Source: a virus. From it: DNA of 39,992 bases. Position numbers and translations under genes: made by a program. The stretch lies in the UHGV virus genome UHGV-0186582; one strand, written 5' to 3'. The notes under the pieces were generated by a model that was given only the letters and a program-made list of their open reading frames with translations, ran no database searches and was not told the DNA's origin. Of the stretch, positions 7,821 to 17,613 are shown one piece after another (position 1 is the first letter of the stretch; every line of letters starts with the position of its first letter).

Positions 7821-9829
7821 TAACCCACCCTCACCTGATTACTTCGCATGACCTGAGCATTTGCAGACTGTTGCCGACGTGCAACCTCATTACCGACAGC
7901 GTGCGGATCTCCGCCACCGTAAATGTGGTAAGTATTTTGCTGGTTAACCTCTGTCACTTTGCCACTAATTCCTGCCACGGCAGCCTTATTAATCAGCTCT
8001 CGAGAATAGATATTTCTTCCATTTTCATGCTGGATAATACTGCTCATCAATGCTGACATGGTTTGCGGATCGCTCATATTCAGGGTAGCCCGGGGATCCA
8101 CTCCCAGACGTTGCGATACAGCCCTGATATACGCAGTTGTGTTGTTATTATCAGACGCAGGTGCCCAGGTAGAGATAATTTTCTCCACGCTGTTTATTCC
8201 ACGTCCGGCGTACAACATTAACTGACGAGCAAGAGCCCGTAATCCATCAAAAGCAGTTTCAAATCTGGCAAATCGCCCGCCCGGGCGTTCAAGAGAAGCC
8301 CCTGCCTGACCAGCAAAATTAAGGTTTCCCGGATTGTTATTCCGTTCTCCTCGTTTCGTAGCCTGTGCATATTGTTCCGGCTCATCATCACCAAACCAGC
8401 CGCGTACCGTCCGGCCCACGCTGCGAGGATCGAATCCCCAGTGCTCTTTAATCCAGTCGGCAGTACTGTTAGCGCTGTCTGTAACCATCGGCATCGCTGA
8501 CGGATTTTCGCTGCCCTGATTAAGTATCTGTTTGCTGATGCTGACGGCATCAGCCCAGCGGCCATCTTTGATAGCGTTGAGCAGGTCGGCGATCATGTTC
8601 AGCATTTTGCTGAATTCGCCCATCTGGTCGATGAAGTTGCTGAAATCCCACTTCAGGGACCATGATTTGGGGTCAATATTGAGCAGTTTCGCCAGCGCTT
8701 TCGCCAGTTCATTAACAGACCCTTTCAGGTCACGAACCATCTTCAGCGCGGCATCGACCTCCGGCTTCCACTTACCCCAGTCAATCAGGCTGTCGCCGCC
8801 TTCCTTCCAGGTCTGATAGTCCTCCCACAGAAGGGCAATCCCCGCCGCCAACGCGGTAATGAGGCCAATCGGCGACATCCAGAACGTACTGTTCAGAATG
8901 CGCAGTGCAATCGTCAGCGCGCCAAACAGCGAGATGAGCTCCCGCGTTTGCTTATCCAGCGATTGCCACCAGGTGATAAGGCCTGATGTCCCCTCAATCA
9001 GTCTGAAGAACAACCGCCCGATAATATCCCCGAGCGCCAGAATGCCTTTTATGGCTTTCGTCAGGGTCTGCTCGATACGCGGGAAGTTGTCCAGGATATG
9101 GCGGCGCAGAGTGTCCAGCGAACCCGCAAGCCCACCCGCAAGATTAGAGCCGATTTTGTCACGGGCCATGCCTGCCATCGCGCCAAACTCACGCAGGGAG
9201 GTCATAAATTTGTTGGAGCTTCTGGCCGCCTCGTCAGCATTGAAGCCGATAGCTTTCGCCATTGCGCTGTACTGCCCGGAGAAGCCACCCACACCCCGGC
9301 GCATCGCCATAAGGGTATTTTCGTCAATGCCCAGCATCTGCGCATACTGGTTAGCCCGGTAATACGGCATGCCGCTGAGCTTCTGGCCTACACCTGTAAA
9401 AATAGCGGCCATGTCACGCATGTTACCGCTGGCATCACGGGTCTGTACGCCCAGGCGATTCAGAAAACCTTCTGCACCGGGATTGTTACGAATAAACCGG
9501 GAGAGGCTTTCCAGAGAAGATCGCGCAGCGTCCACGCTGCCGCCAACCTGCGAAACCGCATAGCCAATAGACTGAATTCCCTGGACTGTCGCGCCGGTGC
9601 GCTGTGACGCCCAGTAAAGATTATCCAGGCCGGAGGCAATCTTAGCCGTAAAGGCCACCACAGACAGTGCAGCTCCTTCAACGGACACCCCCATTTTGAT
9701 GACATTTGCAGTTGTACCGGCGAGGACAGAACCGAACTTTTTCGCGCCTGCCTCATCCACACTGAAGCCAAGCGAGACGAGGAAATCTTTAATAGTTTCA
9801 GCGTTCATTATCCTCTCTCCATTTCTCAA
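7820..9829 (-). CDS. Tail tape measure protein
   Basis: 669 aa, long helical/Gly-Ala-rich protein following tail chaperone; ATG overlaps upstream frame stop (ATGA). Confidence 0.75.
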   Translation of the reverse strand: MRNGERIMNAETIKDFLVSLGFSVDEAGAKKFGSVLAGTTANVIKMGVSVEGAALSVVAFTAKIASGLDNLYWASQRTGATVQGIQSIGYAVSQVGGSVDAARSSLESLSRFIRNNPGAEGFLNRLGVQTRDASGNMRDMAAIFTGVGQKLSGMPYYRANQYAQMLGIDENTLMAMRRGVGGFSGQYSAMAKAIGFNADEAARSSNKFMTSLREFGAMAGMARDKIGSNLAGGLAGSLDTLRRHILDNFPRIEQTLTKAIKGILALGDIIGRLFFRLIEGTSGLITWWQSLDKQTRELISLFGALTIALRILNSTFWMSPIGLITALAAGIALLWEDYQTWKEGGDSLIDWGKWKPEVDAALKMVRDLKGSVNELAKALAKLLNIDPKSWSLKWDFSNFIDQMGEFSKMLNMIADLLNAIKDGRWADAVSISKQILNQGSENPSAMPMVTDSANSTADWIKEHWGFDPRSVGRTVRGWFGDDEPEQYAQATKRGERNNNPGNLNFAGQAGASLERPGGRFARFETAFDGLRALARQLMLYAGRGINSVEKIISTWAPASDNNNTTAYIRAVSQRLGVDPRATLNMSDPQTMSALMSSIIQHENGRNIYSRELINKAAVAGISGKVTEVNQQNTYHIYGGGDPHAVGNEVARRQQSANAQVMRSNQVRVG

Positions 9830-10040
9830 TGCGCCGCTGGTTATCCGCTTTTACCGCCAGATGGTCATTCAAGAGAGCAATGTCATACAAATCGACAGAG
9901 CCATCTTTAAGTGCTGTATAGGGAATTAACCCGGCGTCAACCGGATTGAGAAGGTAGGACAGCCCGTCCGGCAGGCTGTTAAACGTCAGCCCTGTTGCAG
10001 GCTCTGTGTCGTGCTGGTAAGGGGTGTAGGCAAAAAATTT
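9826..10040 (-). CDS. -1 frame extension of the tail assembly chaperone (G/GT-like programmed frameshift product)
   Basis: Slippery heptamer A-AAT-TTT (minus strand, plus 10034-10040) about 17 codons before the chaperone stop; the -1 frame stays open ~70 codons to a TGA overlapping the tape measure ATG. Confidence 0.45.
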
Positions 10041-10438
10041 CCCAGTGAATCGGCGACCACCCGCGCCACCAACTGCAGCATGGTTAGCAGGTCGATATCA
10101 TCGAACATCAGCTGACCGCTGTTGAATACCGGCGTCCATCCGTCCATGTGCTTACGTGACACTACGGCCAGGCAAGGATGAATAATCGCGTTGGTATCTT
10201 CTTCAGTCAGGGAAGACAGTTCCTCAGCGATACGCGGGAGCATGGTTTCAAACACCGGTTTTAACTGCTCGAATTTCACGGTGTCGATTTTGCCGTCAGC
10301 AGGCAAACATGAGCGAATGCTCCCGAAATCTGACATCATTCCCGCCAGTACCGGCAGAAGTTTGCGGGTCACTTTCAGCTGGTCAAAAACGCTGAGTTTT
10401 GCCACGCGATATTTCATGCCTTTGATTTCGAATTCCAT
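9986..10438 (-). CDS. Tail assembly chaperone
   Basis: 150-aa ORF between tube and tape measure; slippery site near 3' end. Confidence 0.55.
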   Translation of the reverse strand: MEFEIKGMKYRVAKLSVFDQLKVTRKLLPVLAGMMSDFGSIRSCLPADGKIDTVKFEQLKPVFETMLPRIAEELSSLTEEDTNAIIHPCLAVVSRKHMDGWTPVFNSGQLMFDDIDLLTMLQLVARVVADSLGNFLPTPLTSTTQSLQQG

Positions 10439-10441
10439 GTA

Positions 10442-10882
10442 TTAAAACTCCCCGAGAACCTGGTCAATCTTGCCGCAGTCAAACACCCACGGCATCGTAT
10501 TACCGGTTTTAGCGTTGGCATTATCCGGTTGTTTCTGGAACGCAACACTACGTGCCGTGATGATGTCGCCGCTGACCTTGTTTCGGATCACAATAACGTT
10601 ATTCCCCCATGTGGCAGAAGACTGGCTCTGTGCGTTATACGCCAGCGACAATTTTTTATTTGTCGGTGATGTCTTCAGAAGGTTAACGGTAATCGTCCCG
10701 CTTTTATCTGCATGGAGACTGTGCATCACTTCGCCATCAGCACCGATGGTCATGGTGTTTTTAGGACCGCCCATCGCAACCACAATCCCCTCTTCAGAAC
10801 TTGCAGAACCGTACCCGAGGTCAATCGAACCGGTCGGGCCGGTCAGCGTCGCAGTGACATCCATAAAAGAATAGGTAGACAT
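10442..10882 (-). CDS. Tail tube protein
   Basis: 146 aa, directly after sheath gene. Confidence 0.55.
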   Translation of the reverse strand: MSTYSFMDVTATLTGPTGSIDLGYGSASSEEGIVVAMGGPKNTMTIGADGEVMHSLHADKSGTITVNLLKTSPTNKKLSLAYNAQSQSSATWGNNVIVIRNKVSGDIITARSVAFQKQPDNANAKTGNTMPWVFDCGKIDQVLGEF

Positions 10883-10892
10883 TCACTTCCCC

Positions 10893-12038
10893 TTAGCGAA
10901 CAACGTTAATCTGTACGTCAGCGTAATGAACCGCACCTGCAAGTTTTATTGCAGCCTGAATCACCGGAGCCTTACGGGCTTCACGTTCTGATTGTGCCTG
11001 TTCATCCAGCGGCTGGGCGTATACGTAATAACCTTTGGGCAGTGTGTCACCTGATGACAACTGACCAAGGTCGCCCCCGTTCCATACGCCCGGAGCAATC
11101 AGTCCATTCTGAACGGCCTGATCCAGTGATTTTTCAACACTTGATAACAGTCGGGTAATACCGGCTTCAGTCTGGGGTACTTTCGTGGTGCTGGTATAAA
11201 GCAGGTTATAGAGGTTGGTCTGCACATAATTCTGTAACCAGTCCAGGCCGTGGCGTTCATCAAAGAAATCGCCGTTAGCCATCACTCCCTGCTGGAGGAT
11301 AGCCGTATCATTTTGGTAGTACACGAATACATTGCAGTTTTTTGCATCAAGTGCCGATGCCTGGCTGACTGTCAGTGTTTCATACCCGACACCCGGCTCC
11401 TGCTTAAACTTGAGCGTAATCGCGGTATTACTGCCATTGAAATTAACCGTGAATGCCCGGCCAAATGCAGATAACGCAGCGTATTTATTACCCGATGAAT
11501 ACTGAATAAAACTGCGTGAATATCCGGCGGTTTTCAGTTTTGATGCCAAATCATCGCTGGATGCAGTCTGTAGGCATTTCTCATCGCTTGTCGTAATCGC
11601 CAGAATACGGCTTACAGAAGAGGATTCGATCGCCGCAGCCACTTTCAGCCAGTCTGCATCCGGAATATCTTCATCGCCTGCAATCCCCAGCCCATACCAT
11701 GAAGTATAATCGAGCATGGCATTCACAGCCTGCTCCAGCGTCTCAGGCGTGGCCTGTTCGCTGTCTCCCTTCGTTTTCACCCAACGACCAACAAAAACCT
11801 CCTGAGGTTTCGGTGATTGTGAGAAAAACACCTGCGCAGCTTTATATTCTGGTGATTCCACGCCAAAATCTTTTCCAATATCTTCCGCGGCAGAATAACG
11901 ACGAATGCGCTCACTTACCGGAATGATTGTGGACGGGCCGAGAATGAGTAATGCACCAAAATTTCGCCCTGATGCTGCACGCGGCGACATGATCACATCA
12001 ACATTAACAACGTTTGATACAGGCAAGCCCTGTGCCAT
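10893..12038 (-). CDS. Tail sheath protein
   Basis: 381 aa preceding tube gene; contractile-tail gene order. Confidence 0.6.
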   Translation of the reverse strand: MAQGLPVSNVVNVDVIMSPRAASGRNFGALLILGPSTIIPVSERIRRYSAAEDIGKDFGVESPEYKAAQVFFSQSPKPQEVFVGRWVKTKGDSEQATPETLEQAVNAMLDYTSWYGLGIAGDEDIPDADWLKVAAAIESSSVSRILAITTSDEKCLQTASSDDLASKLKTAGYSRSFIQYSSGNKYAALSAFGRAFTVNFNGSNTAITLKFKQEPGVGYETLTVSQASALDAKNCNVFVYYQNDTAILQQGVMANGDFFDERHGLDWLQNYVQTNLYNLLYTSTTKVPQTEAGITRLLSSVEKSLDQAVQNGLIAPGVWNGGDLGQLSSGDTLPKGYYVYAQPLDEQAQSEREARKAPVIQAAIKLAGAVHYADVQINVVR

Positions 12039-12041
12039 AGC

Positions 12042-12608
12042 TTAATCTCCGAAAAAGATGACTGGTGCTTCCACCAGCGATTTAATACCGTACTCGCGCA
12101 CAACCTTCCGGCGCAGACGCACCGTCATATCGTAGCGGCGGACCCATTGCTGATTAATAAGTTCAGGGAAGGGAGTCAGACCTGTGTAATCGCCAAGAGA
12201 CAGCCCCAGCGCATTCAGTGCTGCGTTGTTCTGCGGTACAGATATACCGTCACGAAACCGGGACGCATACACCATCCCAGCCGGACCATAAAACGAAGCC
12301 ATACACTCAATCGTTTCATGCCGCCAGAGCTGAGAGCCATCATCGGTCTGTCTGGTGAATGCCGGACTGTCATCACCTGACCATCCGATAACCCCAAACG
12401 CACACCAGTTCGTTTCAACCGGTAGCAGTGGCGGCTGCTCTTTCTGCCAGCGCGGACGAACCATCCCGGCAGACAGACCGGAAACGTTACGCATCCACTG
12501 GCTTAACAGCCTGTCGAGCGCTTCGTCATAATCCGGATCGCCACTGGTTGGTATTAACCATCCGCGCTCTGTACTGGTGTTATTGCTCAACCGGAGTTCC
12601 CCCATCAA
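12042..12608 (-). CDS. Hypothetical head-tail joining/neck protein
   Basis: 188-aa ORF between head and tail modules. Confidence 0.4.
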   Translation of the reverse strand: MMGELRLSNNTSTERGWLIPTSGDPDYDEALDRLLSQWMRNVSGLSAGMVRPRWQKEQPPLLPVETNWCAFGVIGWSGDDSPAFTRQTDDGSQLWRHETIECMASFYGPAGMVYASRFRDGISVPQNNAALNALGLSLGDYTGLTPFPELINQQWVRRYDMTVRLRRKVVREYGIKSLVEAPVIFFGD

Positions 12609-12969
12609 ACGGCATCAACTCACAATGCGCCTGAACGAATCCGGCCCCATAAGCTGTATACGGGTCGACGAAGGTCACACGATAATCACGGCCCTGATAC
12701 GTCACGATATCGGCATCACGGCCAGTCTGTCCCTGCGTCAGTCGCTCAGTCGTCACAATCAGAATTGCACCACTGATTACCTGCCCTGCCTGCATACGGC
12801 GGTTTTCCAGAGAGCGATCAACAGTTACGACTCCGGCAAACTGCTTTTTAACTTTACTGTCGCTGCCGATCCCGTCCTCATCCACCGTTTGCACTCGGCG
12901 TGTTACCCACAAATTGAAGTCGCAAAAATCGGGGTCAAAAAGCACATCTGTTACATCAAGAGTCGGCAT
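12580..12969 (-). CDS. Hypothetical head-tail adaptor protein
   Basis: 129-aa ORF, overlaps neighbours by short distances. Confidence 0.4.
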   Translation of the reverse strand: MPTLDVTDVLFDPDFCDFNLWVTRRVQTVDEDGIGSDSKVKKQFAGVVTVDRSLENRRMQAGQVISGAILIVTTERLTQGQTGRDADIVTYQGRDYRVTFVDPYTAYGAGFVQAHCELMPFDGGTPVEQ

Positions 12970-13510
12970 TTTTATCCCTCACAACATGGGTAATCGCTCT
13001 GCGATATTGCCCGGTGTCGATTAGCGGTTTCACCAGATCGGTTCCAGGAGACTCACCAGCAGCTCGCCGCGCAAGTTCCGCTTTTGCCCCTTTGCGCCAT
13101 CGACGTGCACGGGCTTCAACAGTGCTGTCAGCAAGCGGCGTAAAGCCGGTAATAGTCATGTAACGCCTGACGCCATTAGCGGCCAGCGTTCCGGCGCGGT
13201 TGAGCGCTCTTTCCGCCCCCGCCGCATTTCCATCAAGCGCAGCCTGCGCCGCTGCTTTGAGCTGCGGCACTGTCTGTCCCTCTACCGATTTAACGCCGGG
13301 GGTCAGGTGCGGGCGTGGGGGGATGTTTTGCGCTGGCGAGCCGTATTCGTTGACGTAACCGATCCCGGCATTACCAAACGGAACATCCTCACGCTCGCTG
13401 TCTGCTTCCGGGATACCCACCAGCACTTCTTTTTTACTGATGGATTTGAGCGCATCCAGAATGGCCTGAGCGTTATCCACCCTCGTTGTTACACCGCTTT
13501 TGAAGCTCAT
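12956..13510 (-). CDS. Hypothetical head completion protein
   Basis: 184-aa ORF in head-tail connector region. Confidence 0.4.
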   Translation of the reverse strand: MSFKSGVTTRVDNAQAILDALKSISKKEVLVGIPEADSEREDVPFGNAGIGYVNEYGSPAQNIPPRPHLTPGVKSVEGQTVPQLKAAAQAALDGNAAGAERALNRAGTLAANGVRRYMTITGFTPLADSTVEARARRWRKGAKAELARRAAGESPGTDLVKPLIDTGQYRRAITHVVRDKNADS

Positions 13511-13914
13511 AGCTGGCGACCGCCTGCGCCAAACATCGTGATCAACTGATAAAATTCAGCGCCATATCGGGTGTTATTCCAGAAACCTGCATCAGGATTC
13601 AGCGTCGCGCTGGTGTCATAGCTGACGCTTACCTTGTCAACAGACTTAGAGGATTGAACACCATTGGTTGAACCGCCCGGGCCGCCAACCAGCATTGCCC
13701 GGCTGTCTGCCGCCCATAGCGTCATGTAGTGAGCCACGAACAACCCGGCAAAGTACGGAAACAACTTTTTGCCGGTGACGTTTTCGCTCAGCAGTTCATC
13801 GGCCAGATTCAGACGAAACTGGATTTGCGCTTCGGGATATTTGGCAGGGTCAGCAAACTGCGGGAAGTCGCGGCGAAAATCACTTACCGCTGGCAGACTT
13901 TGATTCTTTGGCAT
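13507..13914 (-). CDS. Hypothetical head protein
   Basis: 135-aa ORF downstream of capsid gene. Confidence 0.4.
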   Translation of the reverse strand: MPKNQSLPAVSDFRRDFPQFADPAKYPEAQIQFRLNLADELLSENVTGKKLFPYFAGLFVAHYMTLWAADSRAMLVGGPGGSTNGVQSSKSVDKVSVSYDTSATLNPDAGFWNNTRYGAEFYQLITMFGAGGRQL

Positions 13915-14101
13915 TTTTTACCTCGTTACGCGCGTCTGTGGCTTTGCCAACGGATACTTCCGCGTGCGCACGAGTGAACCAGTGCGTGGCAACGTCTTCC
14001 TCCACTGCATGACGGCCTTTAACAAACTCGCGCCGAGAACCGTCGGGAAGCGTGAGCACAAACGGGGTATGTACGTGTATTACTGCATTATTTTTTGCCA
14101 T
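13880..14101 (-). CDS. Small hypothetical head protein
   Basis: Internal ATG ([10 protein letters not shown]...) with AAGGA RBS between capsid stop and next gene; the longer 150-aa track ORF would overlap the capsid gene. Confidence 0.35.
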   Translation of the reverse strand: MAKNNAVIHVHTPFVLTLPDGSRREFVKGRHAVEEDVATHWFTRAHAEVSVGKATDARNEVKNAKESKSASGK

Positions 14102-14141
14102 CGGGTCATCCTTAATGGCCCCGCCAGGGGCCATGTGGCTG

Positions 14142-15083
14142 TTAAATGCCATCAACGTACGAAATGGTTTCTTTGTACACTGGCTCGACTGCACCCAGCT
14201 TGCCGTAGTAAGTGACGATCTGATACAGACCGCGATACTGCACCGGCACGCTCTGAAGCGGAACCAGCGGGTAGCGGACGTATTTTTTATCGTTGGTGTA
14301 CGCAACCATGCGATCCTTATCCCCCACACCACGGCCTTTCAGCCATTTAACCGCGCGGATATTCAGCGGAACACCGTTCTGGTGATAGCTGATGGTGTTG
14401 GTCTGAAGGTACGTCAACAGGGACTGGTTACCAGCAGATGAAACGATGATGCTGGACAACAGAGCAAACTGCTCAGGTGGGATCAGCAAATCACTCGGAA
14501 CCACAGAGTAACCGGAAGCGGCCCACGCATCAGACAGCACCTGGTTAATGCTTGCGCGGATTTCGTCCGGTGTTGAGGTTGCCCACGTTTTGGCAGCGTT
14601 GTTGACAGGAACACCGTTCAGGGTAACAAGGCCTTTCAGGTTTAATGCGGAATCGCCAACATACACCTGTTCATCGTTATCCATCTGCCATTTCAGTTGC
14701 ATCCCGTCATACTTCTGCGTATCAATCGGGCGTCCGACCTGCTGAGCAGCCTGCAATTCTATGACCGTCCAGCCAAGCTCCATCCCCCACAGGTTCAGCG
14801 GGTTACCGGATTTGCCGATATCCACGTTCACGCCAGCAATAGCGGTTGAGTCTTTGCCTACCCAGTTTTTGCCATTCGGATTTGCACCAGTACCCGCAGC
14901 GGCGAAGCTGGTATTCGTCCAGCTGGAAATGTCATCTGCGATAGAGACATCTTCACGCAACTGAATATCGCGGGTCCAGGTGTACCCCACCAGTGGCAGG
15001 TTCAGCGTCTGGTCGAGTCGCTCCAGCTCCCCGATGAGAAAGGCACCAGAGCTGTCAACGGTTGCCTGATCAAAAGTAATCAT
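14142..15083 (-). CDS. Major capsid protein
   Basis: 313 aa, position after scaffold/decoration genes. Confidence 0.6.
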   Translation of the reverse strand: MITFDQATVDSSGAFLIGELERLDQTLNLPLVGYTWTRDIQLREDVSIADDISSWTNTSFAAAGTGANPNGKNWVGKDSTAIAGVNVDIGKSGNPLNLWGMELGWTVIELQAAQQVGRPIDTQKYDGMQLKWQMDNDEQVYVGDSALNLKGLVTLNGVPVNNAAKTWATSTPDEIRASINQVLSDAWAASGYSVVPSDLLIPPEQFALLSSIIVSSAGNQSLLTYLQTNTISYHQNGVPLNIRAVKWLKGRGVGDKDRMVAYTNDKKYVRYPLVPLQSVPVQYRGLYQIVTYYGKLGAVEPVYKETISYVDGI

Positions 15084-15094
15084 TCGTCTGTTCC

Positions 15095-15601
15095 TTAAAT
15101 CTTCCAGGAAATTTCTGCATTGCCGTCAGCATCACCGGCACCTGTGAATTCAGCGTTGGTCAGCACCACGTTTTTGCCACTGACTGACGTGGACATGAAT
15201 CCACCCAGCGGCACTTTGATGGATTCATCAGTGGAGACGACAACGTATACCGGGTCGCCTTTTTTGATGGTGCTGGCATCAAAATCAGAACCGAGATTAA
15301 CGGTCACGTAGCCACGCTTCATGGCGTCGCCCGGGAAGTTCTTGCCAGTCCCCACCTGGCGAACCATGTCCGGCTGCGAAGTGGTCGGATAAGGGCGCAC
15401 GTAGATCCCCTTCACCTTGTCTGCGGTATCACCATCTGCCAGCGGCACGAAAAAACCGTCATCATCGTATTTACCAGCCAGGCCATAGGCAGCGAAGGCG
15501 TTATCGGATTTAAGGACCACCGGTTCGACGGTTAAGTCCTGCGGGCGAGAGACAGCCCCGGCAATGCCAACAGGCATCCGGTACAGAAATACATTATTCA
15601 T
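15095..15601 (-). CDS. Head structural protein (possible decoration/cement)
   Basis: 168-aa ORF between scaffold-like and capsid genes. Confidence 0.4.
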   Translation of the reverse strand: MNNVFLYRMPVGIAGAVSRPQDLTVEPVVLKSDNAFAAYGLAGKYDDDGFFVPLADGDTADKVKGIYVRPYPTTSQPDMVRQVGTGKNFPGDAMKRGYVTVNLGSDFDASTIKKGDPVYVVVSTDESIKVPLGGFMSTSVSGKNVVLTNAEFTGAGDADGNAEISWKI

Positions 15602-15604
15602 TTT

Positions 15605-16825
15605 TTACCCTTTACGGTTTGCCCAGAATTCAGCGTTTTGTTTGTTCAGGGAAGCGATACTGGTCATGCCCATGTTTAGGCGCTGTGCATCGCCGGTGGT
15701 GGCGCGGGTGTTTCGCCCTTTGGCAATCTCAGACACGGCATTAAACGCCATGTCGACCGATTGTTTCGGCAATTTGCGGATATCCGCATCACCGACTATC
15801 TGGCGAACCAGCGTTTTGTCAGCAGAAGCCAGAACCTCGCGTTTGAACGCGGTCGGTTTCATCTTACGGCTCAGATCGATACCCGGAACGATAACTTCGG
15901 CACGCCAGGCTGAGTCACCAGTAATCGTGGTTTCCTCTTCATCGTCCTCGCCGTCACCGGTTGGATTATCGTCAGGCTTATTATCGTTATCGCCCGTCGC
16001 ATTTCCTTCCAGCTTAGCCAGCAGGGATTTCAGTAATGTTTTGAGGTCATCATCACTGTCGCCGGTAGGACCTCCGCCCATCTCTGGTGCTTTGTCCGGT
16101 AGTGGTTGCTGCGGGGATAGGTTGATGTTGAGATTAACGCCCTGCGGCAAATCCCCCTCATCTCCTGTAACCGATGCGGGAGCCGACTCCACCAGTTCGT
16201 TCATGGTGTCGGCATCTCCTGTCTTGATGGCTGCACGCATGCGGTTCCACCAGTTTTTCTTTTGATTTGCCATTGTGTCTCTGTCTCCAATTGCACAACG
16301 ATTTCCGGCTCTGCCTTTGGGGACAAGAGCCACATGGTTTCCGGTAATATCGACCTGCTCGGCTTTACCTGGCTCGGTCTGCTCATACTCCGCGTCATAG
16401 CCGCACGACACTTCGCGCAGGCCATCTTCGATAAGCTGAATGGCGCTTTCGTCTTTGACGATAAGGTCAGCCAGCATCAAATCAGACTGCTCACCCGTCC
16501 CGCGCCGGACATTCTGGAGGTGCCCGACAGCAAGCTCTTTCCAGTTCTCGGGATTTACCAGCCGCACATTCCCGTTTTCATCTTCAGGATGCAGGATCGT
16601 GATGCTCATCCCTTCGAATGAGGCAAGCGTGGCCGGATGGAATACCTGCTCAGGAGAACGTGTGACGACTATTTCACCGAACTTATCGGGTTTCAGTTTT
16701 GGCAGGTCATCAGCACCATAGAGCTGCTTACCTGTTCGTCCTATCGGCACGTCTTTGCACAGCAACGAGCCGTCAGCCAGCTGATAGCGGGTTTCCCCCA
16801 GCCGGGTATTGAAAAAATATTTCAT
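15605..16825 (-). CDS. Scaffold / prohead protease-like protein
   Basis: 406 aa with acidic low-complexity C-terminal half (DSDDDL...GDGEDDEEE) typical of scaffolds; position. Confidence 0.5.
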   Translation of the reverse strand: MKYFFNTRLGETRYQLADGSLLCKDVPIGRTGKQLYGADDLPKLKPDKFGEIVVTRSPEQVFHPATLASFEGMSITILHPEDENGNVRLVNPENWKELAVGHLQNVRRGTGEQSDLMLADLIVKDESAIQLIEDGLREVSCGYDAEYEQTEPGKAEQVDITGNHVALVPKGRAGNRCAIGDRDTMANQKKNWWNRMRAAIKTGDADTMNELVESAPASVTGDEGDLPQGVNLNINLSPQQPLPDKAPEMGGGPTGDSDDDLKTLLKSLLAKLEGNATGDNDNKPDDNPTGDGEDDEEETTITGDSAWRAEVIVPGIDLSRKMKPTAFKREVLASADKTLVRQIVGDADIRKLPKQSVDMAFNAVSEIAKGRNTRATTGDAQRLNMGMTSIASLNKQNAEFWANRKG

Positions 16826-16839
16826 GTGTTACCTGCGAT

Positions 16840-17613
16840 TCAGGCGGGATAAGAATGGGAGGAGGGAAAAACGATTTCTTTATAACAGCGACAATTCGGG
16901 AGCTCGCCAGCGTGACCGGTCATGCCATCAAGCGTTGGAGGTTTGCCCCATTCGACAAATTTACCTTCCATTTCCCGATGAGAATGCCTGACGTCACCAT
17001 CTTCGGCTGTACGCCAGATATAACCATTCGAACCAATTGACAGCGCACGTGCCTGATCCAGCGCGCCGGTTGCACGTCCAAGTTCAGTACGGGCAATCAG
17101 GTCAGCTCTGGACTTTGCTATATCACCCGATGCTGCAATTTCTTTAGCAAAATGTTCTGCTCTCCCACCGGTCACAACAGCTTCTATCGCCCGATTCTGG
17201 ATGTCGTACACCCTGTCAGCCGCCTCGAGGGGGAGCGATTTGATGTACTTGACCTGTTCGGCGATGATGGATTGCATCACCTGCCCTGGCGGGGCACTGT
17301 TTACCAGATTGCGTAGCTCACGGCTGATGGTTTTGCTGTGTTTACGCCACTGCTCATCATTCTTGCGCACAATATCGGCGGTAAAGTTTTCCGCGACCTT
17401 TGTCGCCCAGGGGGTGATGATTTCACTGTAGCGTTCCAGCGCCTCAATAATTTCCGTGATACTGTCATTTGAACCATCGTAGTGACCATTTACGATGTCC
17501 CCGACCGCCCGCGCTATCCTGCGTAGGCTGGTTCGATACCGGATTTCCGCCTGACGGTTCCTGCGGTTCGTCATCAGGTTCGCCGATGCCGGGCGGCGCT
17601 TCATCTTCGGCAT
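16840..17613 (-). CDS. Head morphogenesis protein (Mu F / SPP1 gp7-like)
   Basis: 257-aa ORF after portal; 5' end overlaps portal 3' end by ~149 nt, true start uncertain. Confidence 0.5.
   Translation of the reverse strand: MPKMKRRPASANLMTNRRNRQAEIRYRTSLRRIARAVGDIVNGHYDGSNDSITEIIEALERYSEIITPWATKVAENFTADIVRKNDEQWRKHSKTISRELRNLVNSAPPGQVMQSIIAEQVKYIKSLPLEAADRVYDIQNRAIEAVVTGGRAEHFAKEIAASGDIAKSRADLIARTELGRATGALDQARALSIGSNGYIWRTAEDGDVRHSHREMEGKFVEWGKPPTLDGMTGHAGELPNCRCYKEIVFPSSHSYPA

Noticed and set aside
8859-9607. Several plus-strand ORFs (167-169 aa) within the tape measure gene
   Set aside because: Antisense shadow ORFs of a long GC-rich gene; Arg/Ala-rich, no independent signals.
15564-16265. 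233-aa plus-strand ORF antisense to the scaffold/protease gene
   Set aside because: Antisense shadow of a GC-rich acidic coding region; low-complexity Ser/Pro-rich product.
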